In this document: positions 54,613 through 64,000 of the stretch, in pieces
Position numbering within the stretch: the stretch's first letter is position 1
Layout: each line of letters begins with the position of its first letter
Assembly: GCA_038496445.1 (NCBI GenBank)
Contig: JALMLS010000548.1
Span: forward strand, 192,586-256,585
Direction of reading: 5' to 3'
Length of the DNA stretch: 64,000 nucleotides
DNA from: Trichosphaerium sp. ATCC 40318
Lineage: Eukaryota; Protista; Tubulinea
Translations under genes and position numbers: made by a program
The notes under the pieces: generated by a model
Database searches by the model: none
Seen by the model: the letters and a program-made list of their open reading frames with translations, nothing else
Told to the model about the DNA's origin: nothing

Positions 54613-57426
54613 ATGGTTTACATAATTAACGGCAAAGTAATGCCAGGGAAGCCTACTGAGCCTAGTATGTCACTTGTTTGCTTATAGAACTCACAATCCA
54701 TCTAGAACAGTTCAACGATAACAAAACCACATTCAGTGGCGCGATTGGGCCAAAACCAGGCAATTTGCCGGCAGTACTTGATCGTTATGCGCTTTGTGTG
54801 GCCTATGCATGTCCTTTCGCCAGTAGAGTGCTCGCTACTATGAAACTAAAAAAGCTTGACGTACGTTTGCTAAAATGCGCTCGTACGCCTATTTCCCCTT
54901 CCTCATACATTTACCTAGCATGTATTTGACGTATGGTACATGAAACCGAACAAGAACAATGACGTTGGTTGGGAGTTTGCAGAGGAGACCAACGGATTTA
55001 ATTTCTTACATCAAGTATACACCGCATCTGATAGCGCATGTACAACAAAAGTTAGCGTCCCTGTGCTTTGGGTACGAAACGGTTTTCTGGTTTTTTTTTT
55101 TTTCGTAAAGCAACGTAGCGGTTTGCGAACGCAATAGTTACTTCAGCCTCATCGTGTGACGGAAATACTGACACATGTGGAAGGATAAAAAAACTCAAAA
55201 AATAGTTAACAATGAGAGCGCTGAGATTTCTCGTATGCTTAACAACGAGTTTAACGCATTTACAGATGCTACGATAGATCTATACCCTAAAGTAAGTAGA
55301 AATTTGGGTGTTTTTATTGTAACTTTCTTTTGTACTTATACTTGGTGCCAAAGGATCTGGCTACATCCATTGACGAGCTTAACAGTGAGATAGGGAACCA
55401 CGTCAACAACGGAGGTACCATCCATAAAACACTCGTATATACTAACACTCAACCTCCTTTATAGTTTACAAAGTAGTACTGTCACCTACGCAAGACATCT
55501 ACGAGGTATGCACCAACGTCATTTTGCAGACACCTTTTGCTATTTTGAGCCTTACACTAATTTTGGCAAAAAAAAGACTCATTGTAAAGCTGTGTTCAAA
55601 TGTTTGGATGGTCTCGAAGAGCGCTTGTCCAAGCAACGATACCTGGTCAGTAACACCCATGTTACAGAATCTGATGTACGATTTTATCTATTACAATATC
55701 CTGTGAATGACAGTACCCCTTAGATTCGCCTATTTGTTTCACTAGTGAGATTTGATGCCGCATACTATCCTATTTTCAAATGTAACATAAAGAGAATCAG
55801 CGATTACCCAAATCTCTCCAACTTTGTTAGGGACATTTACCAAGTACGTCCACACTGACTTTGTTCACGTAAGTATTCACACATTTCTTAAGATTCCAGG
55901 CATATCAGACACTGTAAACATAAGAGAAATTGTAATTGCTTACACGTGCGTAGTAATTAAGCGTGCTTGCGTACTGACTAACCCTTAGATGCTCTTTCGC
56001 TTCCAAACCACGCATACCTATCATTAATGATCCAAAGTTTGATTTTCCTCACGATCGCTTCAAATTTGCCAGTGCAAGTGTGAGTGAAGCACTGAAAACG
56101 AAAGGTCAAGAAGATGACGCTAAGCAAACAGACAAAGCAAAAGGAGTGGTACAAACTTTGAATTTTGGCGTATGCACGCTTATGTAATTGTTTTAGTTTG
56201 TCCGTGGTACTAGCAAACATCGTGATGTTGTTACTGTAGATGGTTCTTCAGGGTTCAAAGCCGAAAAAGGCAAAGAAAAATGCTGACAAGCTTACTGTAG
56301 CTCACAAGGTTTTTTCGTTAGGTCGATACCACCTCTTGGTTGCAAATAACTGTCCTTGGTCCCACAGAACTATAATAGCACGAAAACTTAAAGGGCTAGA
56401 AGATGTTGTAACAATGGATATACTTTACTGGAAACGTGATGCGGAACGGTAAACAGAACTACCAAAACCAATAATTATTGATTATTCTTCTCCTTCCTAG
56501 CGGTTGGCAGTACAATCCAGAAGCTCCAGGCTGTACTAAGAATACCGTAAATGATTTTAAGTACATCACGGAATTCTATGAGAGCGTTGGTAAGTGCAAA
56601 TTGTACAATAAACATTGCACGCGTCTTTACAAGTTTGTAGGATCTAAAGAAAAATCTGTACCTGTACTTTGGGATAGAAAAACAAATACAATTGTTAACA
56701 ACGAGAGTTCAGAAATTATTCGTATCTTTAACTCTGGATTTGGAGATCTCGCTTCTTCAACATATGACTTGTATCCTTCTAACCTAGCGCCACTTGTACG
56801 GGTTAAGATTGTTTATGCAGTTCTTGAACTAACACCATTCATAGATTGACTACCACAACGCATGGATTTATCCAGGTATGGAATTACTTTTTTTCGCGCT
56901 TGAAAACAATTTCACTAAGACGGCTAACGTTCTTCCTCTAGAAATCAACAACGGCGCTTACAAGGCGGGTTTTGCAAGTGCTCAAGACGCATACGAAAAA
57001 GCATACAACATATTCTTTAGGGCACTTGACAAGCTCGAGTTAGTATTCGCCACGAACAAATACGTTTGTGGTGACAAAGTTACAGAAGCAGACGTCCGCT
57101 TGTTACCAACAATTTTCCGCTTTGACCACGTGTACGTACCCTTCATTCTTCCTTATACGTCACATAACGTTTACGATTTCGATTAGATACTACACACGCT
57201 TTAATCTCAACAAAGCTATGATTCGTGAGGGATATCTTCATACTTTCAGGTGGTTGAAAGAAATGTATGCGCTAAGTTTTGTTTTTTCACTGTTAATTAT
57301 TTACGTGTTTGTAGGCTCGCTTTGCCTGGAGTTTTGGACGCATCCAATTTGGAACATTGCAAGAATGGTTACTTTGGGCGGACAGGAAATAACTTGATAC
57401 CAGTTGGTCCCGATTTTGGCTTCTAG
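54613..57426 (+). CDS. Glutathionyl-hydroquinone reductase (GST Xi/ECM4/YqjG family), two domains fused in tandem
   Basis: Domain 1: ACPFASR, SVPVLWDKK...VNNESAEI, LVRFDAAY. Domain 2: CPWSHR, SVPVLWDRK...VNNESSEI, IFRFDHVY. The spliced frame runs continuously across 55990-56270. Confidence 0.85.
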
Positions 57427-58669
57427 AAAGCCATCCATGCGACGTACAACGAAAGCGCCAATAAATAAAACAGTGTTTCTGTTGTGACAGTTTTTTTTTT
57501 GGGAATCGTCAACGCAAATTCGCGATGGACAGGAAAGGCGAAATAGAGGGATATTCAGGCTAAAAAGGGTTCGTAGAGAACAACGAGACCATAAATAAAG
57601 CGATTTTGATACCAAAAGTTTTTTTTGTTTGAGAAATCCACAAAAAAAAAAACGTACCGGGATAAAATAGAGAAAGCAGCGATTTGAGGTGATTGAGGAT
57701 ACTTTGAGCACTTTTTGGACCGTTTGAGTGACAGTAAAAAGCGACACAAAGCGCGAGGCGTACAAACCAACTAACGTTGTAATTGTTTCTGAAAAAAAAT
57801 AGAAAAATCATCCATAGCGCCTGTATAAGTATCAAAGGTAGTTGTAGAGCGCTTACAGGGCGAAGAAAACTCGATATTTTCGGGAAAGGGAGTCAGTCTT
57901 ACAACCGTGTAGCCTAAAGCGGCGCAAATAGAGAAGCTGGCTAAGGGTTAGCACCACAGAGCTAGTTCCAGCAACAGGCGACACAATCGCCCTTGCAAGA
58001 GGAGCTACAAAAAAAAAAGGAGGGGTAATCAGACGCGCCATTTTTTTCTTTGAACCCAATAGCGGGTAAGATACAGAAAAGATGGTAAAAGCGCAACCTC
58101 CAAGCAAAGATTGCTGGACCTTAAAAGCCCACAGGGAGTGCACGGTGGTATGGGACCCCGCCCATCGTGCAGCACATTTGTAGCCACAACACGGGCTGAG
58201 GGACCTTAACGAGCCATTAATCTTCTACCACATAAGCCCCTATGAAAAATGCTTTAAAAAACATAGCATAGGCAGTGGTAATCGACTTTTGGCTCTCCAT
58301 CAAGCAACGCTTGTCTACACAAGACAGGTGTCTCGATGGCTGGAAAGTGTGAGTGAACGTGTCACTCTGTAACTACAGAGCACTAAAACGACCTCCACAC
58401 ACGCAAGCATATTCCACAAGAGGGTAGCCTGTATTCTTCTATCGCAGAAAGAACCCAAATAATGTATTTTAATTGGGTTTTGCGCGTTTTAGAGCACATG
58501 GCTGTAAGTCCTCTTGTTTTTATGCACCCACCTTTTGTATTTGGAATGGAAGCAGAAACCAGCAATGCGCATTCCTACATAACCACATAACCACACAAGT
58601 ACGGCTACTCTAGCTTTTATTATGTGATAGAAAAGGACGAGTTACGGCTCGCCTCTTAGTATATCCATC

Positions 58670-60001
58670 GATGACGATGCCAGTTGGTGAAATGTGTTGC
58701 AATGTAGTTTACCTCAACTTGCTTTTTTTTCTATTACATCCATTCCATAAAGACAACAACCGTTGTACCTGTGCTCTTCTAGCATTATAACACTCACTTG
58801 AAGTGTAGAAATGCTAATCGAGTACTGATGTAATGGCAAACCTTTTGTTCTTCTAGCATTAGAACATCTCACGTTATTGTTGAGATGTAGAAATGCTAAT
58901 CGAGTAATTGTTGTTGCCTACAACACCAAGAGTGACTTGAACCGAATGCATCTGTGTGATGAACAGGTTCTGAAGTCAAACAAGACTTGGATTCCTCTTC
59001 TTTCATGAGTAATGCATTACAGCAATGTAGTGTGGCACATGTTAATCGAGGTATCTCAGACATGGTTATGCAATCTCAAGTAGTTGAGCATCAACCTATC
59101 TCTAAAGTGCTTGTGAGCAAATCAAGTTGCTCAACAATATCAGTTGAAGTTCCATAGTGAACAACAATTGTAGTTTGTACAACTAAGTTGACGCCCTAAG
59201 TGGGCAACAACAACAACAACAAAAAACCCGCATTGGCTCTTTTGTTTCTCTTCTAACGTTATAACACATTCTCCCAAAAGGGAAAGGTGTAGAAACGCTA
59301 ATCGAGTACTGAGCTTATGTAAAACACCATAATTACCATATGATGATGTGCAAGTCACATTTTGTTGGTAGTACAAAAAGATGTGCATTTGAAGCCCTCA
59401 GTGGGCAACAAAACCCATCTAAAAAATGTATGACGTTGGTTCTCTTCTGACATTATAACACCCATGTGGTGTAGAAATGCCAATCGAGTTCTAGATCATG
59501 CAAATGAGCTGACTTGACTTCTCTTCTAACATTATAACACTTCCTCTTTTAAGAAAAAAGGAGGAGGTGTAGAAATGCTAATCGAGAGGTATTAGTTCAT
59601 GCAAGACTACAGTTCAAAGTGTATGCAAAGTCATATGCTTTGGGCGGATGAAAGGAACCAAAGTGTTCCAACTAGTCCGTAAAGACTGTAAGATAAACAT
59701 ATCTTATAAAAAAACCTAATGGAAAGAAAAGTATCAAGTACTTGGGTTAAATAATAGATGTGAGCCTGAAGCAGAAATGTGAAAGGCAAATTGATGGAAA
59801 GGCACACAAGCCAAGTACATCAATGAAAGCAAGTGTAGCTAATTGCTACAACTTGAAGGCTTAACAAGGAAAGGCACAGTCCAAGTACTTGAATAGTAAA
59901 GAAAAACAAAAAAAAAGAGTGTATTAAAAATGATGCAGTTGCAAGCTATTACCGACGATGCCTCAAGGGCTACTCAGTAAAAAAAATAGGCATGACTCAT
60001 C
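58670..60001 (+). ncRNA. Candidate large ornate structured RNA (ROOL-like), about 1.33 kb
   Basis: Nested end-to-end helices: GATGA/ATGCC 58670-58681 with GGCAT/TCATC 59989-60001; GTTGGTGA 58683-58690 with TTACCGAC 59949-59956; TTGCAATGTA 58697-58706 with TGCAGTTGCAA 59934-59944. Internal GAA/AGUA loops, a GNRA hairpin and repeated hairpin modules. ROOL resemblance is from recall only. Confidence 0.6.
58774..59586 (+). repeat. Six dispersed copies of a hairpin module CTCTTCTAGCATTATAACAC-(variable stem-loop)-GTGTAGAAATGCTAATCGAG
   Basis: Copies at 58774-58822, 58848-58904, 58995-59050 (degenerate), 59248-59306, 59442-59488 and 59521-59586. Confidence 0.9.
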
Positions 60002-60328
60002 AAGAAAAGTAGTCCTTTAAAAAGACACAACCCTATGCTGTTGTGGCAATGTGCTCTATGAGCATCTCTTGCCATAAAAACCATAACCAAGACATACCAG
60101 CTTCTTCTCCAACAAGAAAGGCTGGTACTGTCCGGCACCAGGTATTTGTGATGTTCATCAAAAAGACCTTCATCTTACATCCTCCTTGAAAGAGAATAGG
60201 AATAAAGATCGAATGGTTTCTTATGAAGTTCATTCTTCAAAAAACCACCTAAAAACCTCAACCTCCTTTGGTCTGATGAGAAATTATTTTAAATGCAGCT
60301 GTCTGCTTTAAAACTCTGATGCAAAAGG

Positions 60329-62988
60329 TACCTGGTTGAGCCTGCCAGGAGTGATAAGCTTTCTCGAAGGATTAAGCCATGCAAGCTCAGCAAAGAGGTA
60401 TCCTCGGAGCCGCAAACGGCTCCTAAAACGGTCGTAACCCACCCGACAAGACTAATAATGGTCACGTCATTTTGCACACAGGAACTTGTTTTCCTAAACG
60501 CACTATAACCAAAACTCGTGGCCTCCCCCGCGGATAACCGGGATTAAAGGAAACCTGCGGCTAATACGTAATGCGCCTAGCGCTGCCGATGGGCCCCTCT
60601 GCTGCAAGGACCCATCGGTCGCATCCAACGCTCAGGAGCGGACGATCACCCGATCCCATCTTGGTTCGCCAAGGGAAGCAGCCTCCCCTTAGGAAGCGGC
60701 GTCCGTACTCCGTCGGGAAGAGCGGCGTTGGGGCATGCGATGGAGTTACGAGGAGTTCTCTCTGACTAGACATGTTTCTAAAAAATAATGTAAAGTTACT
60801 TAAGGTGAAACTAGGTGAAAGAAAAATGAACAACTTTGTTCAATCTCGATCCTTCGCCCAAATGTGCTTTTTCATAAAAAAAGATCATATCGATATAAAG
60901 TTGAGAGTTCTCCCCCTCCACGAGTCGGAAGGGCGGCCGACCTATCAGCCAGGCGGTAGGGTAACGGCCTACCGCGGCAGTGACGGGTAACGGGGAACTA
61001 GGGTTCGGTTCCCGGAGAAGGGGCATTAGATACGGCCCCTGTACTTACGGGTAACAGCAGGCGCGTAACTTGGCCATTGATTGCAAATCGAGCCAGCGAC
61101 TGAGTGTAACGAGGCCGGCATTTAAACCGGTCGTCGCAATGAGGGGCAACTGAATGTCGCCCTGAGAAACTATTGGAGGACAAGTTGGGTGCCAGCACCC
61201 GCGGTAACACCCACTCCGAAAGCTTATACTTTTGCTGTTGCTGTTAAAGCGCTCGCAGTCCAAACAACGACACAGCTGAGAGGGACAAGGTTTTATATAG
61301 GAGTTTACTCCTTGACAAAACCCCCCGACTCTTTTTCATCGCCCGACCAGGCATAAATGGCTTCGCTCAAACGCAAGGTCAGTTTAGGCTTCGGCCGCTA
61401 TGCCACCCACCAGCATCCTGGAATTGGGCTTTAAAAAAACAAAAAAACAACTTTACCAAGTGCGACGCTCAAGTCTCATTTTTAACCAAGTATAAACAAT
61501 ATCCTGATATGCAAGTCTGAGTGAAAACTTATGTTCTTCATTAAGGGAATAAAAACATTGTGAATTACAAAAGTACTTTGAGAAAAAACCTTGAGTTAGT
61601 CTTCACACTAATAAAGAACACACGATTACTAGGTGCGTACGGGGTAGAGAGTGTGGTATCAGCGAGGAGTGAAATCTTTTGACCTGATCCAAACTACCCG
61701 AAGCGAAGGCGCTCTGCAAGGGCGTGGCCGGTGATCTAGAACGATGGTGGAGGGAGCGAAGCGGATTAGAGACCCGTGTAGTCTCCACAGTAAACGATGC
61801 CGACTGAATGGGCGCCGGGCAAACCAAGGCTCGGGGCCCGTTCCCACGGGAAACCGAAGTAATCGGGCCCAGGGGGGAAGTATGGTCGCAAGGCTGAAAC
61901 TTAAAGGCATTGACGGAGCAACACCACCAGGCTCTGGAGGCTGCGGCTCAATTTGACTCAACGCGCGACAACTTACCGGGATCGGACGCTCTAAGGGGAC
62001 GAACAGACTGAAGGGTCTTTTCCGAGTTAGCTAACGGTGGTGCATGGTCGTTTTAGGCTCGTGGACTTATCTGTCAGGTTTATTCCGATAACGGGCGAGA
62101 TCGCTACTGTCACATTGATTCCCCCGCCTCGTGCGGGACCCCTGTGCAGGACTGACGGCGAAAAGTCGTAAGAAGCGGCGGCTATAACAGATCCGGATGC
62201 CCCCAGATATTCCGGGCCGCACGCGGCCTACACTGCTTAGTTCAACGGGTTCCTGGGCCGAACAGGCATCCGGGCAAGCCCTGAAACCGCCAGAACACTT
62301 CTTCACGACAGCGAGTTAAACCTCAGATTTTATTATCTAAATACGACTACACTTAAACGCACCTTCGGAAACTACCACCTTCATAACAAAAGTCTGTCCT
62401 GAACCTAATATAAAGAGTTAACCCCCTCGTCGAGGCTTTTTAGGAAGTTAAATTCCTTTAATGTTAAGATGAGAAGCGCTGTTAGATGAAAACTTACATC
62501 TTTGGACTCGTTTCCTTAGTGTAAACATTGAAAGAGCTGTGGATCGTTTCAAATTAACAAATAAGGTTTCTTCTTCACTTAAATGCTTTGACCTGGAAGA
62601 TTATATATCTTTACCAAGGCAAACTTTATTATGAAGTAAGTTTCTGCAATGTTCATAAAAAAAATACATGAAAGCGCACCGTGTGGTCGATTTGGATGTT
62701 AAGTGTGCTCAATGCTGCTTCTCCGAAAAGACACATGCGTGCTTAGGGACTGGTTGCTGTAACTGTAGCCACGAACGCGGAATGCTCGTACAGGTGTGTC
62801 ATCAACGCACCTGGAATCTGTCCCTGTTGCTTGTACACACCGCCCGTCGCATCGACCGATGTGGGTGCGAGTGGACCAGGGGGGACGACCGGCTTGCCGG
62901 TTATCGAACCTGCTCGAACTTGCGCTCATATAAAGGATGATGATGTCGTAACAAGGTTTCAGTAGGTGAACCTGCTGAAGGATCAATA
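60329..62988 (+). rRNA. 18S (SSU) rRNA, highly divergent, about 2.66 kb with large AT-rich insertions
   Basis: 5' TACCTGGTTGAGCCTGCCAG; GATTAAGCCATGCA; GTGCCAGCACCCGCGGTAA; GAAACTTAAAGGCATTGACGG; TTGTACACACCGCCCGTC; GTCGTAACAAGGTTTCAGTAGGTGAACCTGCTGAAGGATCA. Confidence 0.97.
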
Positions 62989-63226
62989 CTATTGGTATTT
63001 AACCCTTAGAAGCAATTAAACCACTTTTAACCAAGTTTAAAAGAAAAAAAATTGGAGTATCAGCTCTGGTTTGGTAAATCTGATCTTACTTCGGTAATTG
63101 AAGATGTAATCATCCTCTGCTGTGGTGATATCTTGTATATCTGCCAGCTCCACAACCGCCATTTTGGCAAACCAAAACACAGTCGTGGCACGACTATAAA
63201 GAACGTCAAGATTTTCGAAAGAAACC

Positions 63227-63391
63227 AAACCTTGTCGGTGAACGGTTAGGCACCTCCCCGAAGAAAGGCCATGGATCACTATGAAACCAGCCACCGGAAT
63301 CGCTCTCATCTGAAGGTGGCATTGCCGAATGCCTCAGGCCGCGTTCTGTATTCTCACGAAATCACAGGCAAAGGAGCGTGACTCAGCGACG
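63227..63391 (+). rRNA. 5.8S rRNA (divergent; ends approximate)
   Basis: GC-rich block between AT-rich ITS1 and ITS2. AACCTTGTCGGTGAACGGTTAGGCAC...CGAAGAAAGGCCATGG corresponds to canonical AACTTTCAGCAACGGATCTCTTGGCTC...CGATGAAGAACGCAGC. Confidence 0.7.
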
Positions 63392-63589
63392 CCAGCAAAA
63401 CAAACACTAAATTTATTTGGTGCTGCGTATGGTGTACACACTTAATCTTCTAAAAAGAAAGTGGTTGCCACAACTAATTAAATAAATTGCCGGAAGTGAT
63501 GTTCCTCCAGAACTCATGCCTAGCTTACTTAAGCGAAGCTTTAGAGGAAGGTTGGTTTATATACTGAAAGCATTAAAAAAACACAACCT

Positions 63590-64000
63590 GCGTCCTGAGT
63601 TACCACTGGCGACCTGCCTAAGTTAAGCATATCATTGGGGCAGAGGAAAGGAAACCAAAAGGGACTCCTGAGTAGCGGCGAGCGAAAGGGGACAAGCTCA
63701 AGCCTGAATCCGAGCCTAGCATCGGAGTTGTGGGCTAAGGCGTGGTGGCTCTTCCAGACGTTGACGGGAATACGCACGAGTCGTAGCCGTAGAGGGTTGC
63801 GAGCCCCGTACGCTGTAAACTGAGGAAATAGAGTCCATCGTCCAGGAGTGTATGGTTTGGCCGTGCCATACGAAGTTACCGGGAGTTACCCGGCAAGGCT
63901 AAGTATCGGGAGGTGCCGATAGCGCACCAGTACCGTGAGGGAAGACTGAAACAGCACTCCTCGATAGAGGTTTAAAAAGACCCGAAGCCGGCAAGGGTAC
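63590..64000 (+). rRNA. 28S (LSU) rRNA, 5' part (truncated by window end)
   Basis: ACCTGCCTAAGTTAAGCATATCA, GAGGAAAGGAAACC, AGTAGCGGCGAGCGAA, CCGATAGCGCACCAGTACCGTGAGGGAA. Confidence 0.95.

Larger units (their letters stand above)
57842..60328 (+). other. Structured region upstream of 18S (putative long 5' ETS or spacer)
   Basis: No credible ORFs. Successive GC-richer hairpin domains (e.g. CTTACAGGGCGA near 57852 with TCGCCCTTGCAAG near 57987) separated by A-rich linkers, running up to the 18S start. Confidence 0.55.

Noticed and set aside
57850-58650. 5S rRNA or SRP RNA in the rDNA upstream region
   Set aside because: The region is hairpin-rich but no conserved 5S or SRP motifs were recognised on either strand.
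58774-59586. CRISPR array (conserved flanks with variable inserts)
   Set aside because: Spacing is irregular, the variable parts are self-complementary stem extensions rather than spacers, there are no cas genes, and the context is eukaryotic.
59765-60290. Hammerhead ribozymes at CTGAAGC...GAAA (59766) and CTGATGAG (60273)
   Set aside because: The first lacks CUGANGA and a third stem with a cleavage triplet. The second has no stem II followed by GAAA and fits a C/D K-turn better.
62295-62735. Group I intron in the 18S insert
   Set aside because: No recognisable P, Q, R, S core elements. The insert is AT-rich and lies in a variable region.
60561-63823. ORFs listed within the rDNA
   Set aside because: They are chance ORFs in GC-rich rRNA sequence, with no homing-endonuclease or other protein motifs.

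Overview
Compact, AT-rich, very intron-dense eukaryotic nuclear DNA from an aerobic protist. Amoebozoa is the best guess (ankyrin-sirtuin fusion, WY...PWxF repeat family), but the taxon cannot be fixed from sequence alone. Positions 1-57.4 kb hold about 26 tightly packed, mostly spliced protein genes, reconstructed by hand. They include a PA-domain multi-pass membrane protein, a divergent ATP synthase OSCP, GH140, an ankyrin-sirtuin with two intronic tRNA-Val genes, PP2C, G-alpha, NMNAT, a paracaspase-like protease with a death-effector-domain-like N-terminus, F-box/LRR, SHOCT-ET-C2H2, a Trl1-like tri-domain protein, WDR91, class II HDAC, LIN54/tesmin, UQCC2, cofilin, Rap1 and a tandem-fused GST-Xi. 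From about 57.8 kb the window enters an rDNA unit: a structured upstream region, a highly divergent 18S of about 2.66 kb with AT-rich insertions, 5.8S and the 5' end of 28S. The most striking element is about 1.33 kb just upstream of the 18S (58670-60001). Its two ends close on each other through three nested helices, and it contains repeated tertiary-type modules and six co-varying hairpin modules. Several blocks resemble, from memory, the bacterial/phage ROOL large ornate RNA, so it is a candidate eukaryotic ROOL-like RNA that may be co-transcribed with pre-rRNA. CDS coordinates are whole-gene spans including introns; no database searches were run.
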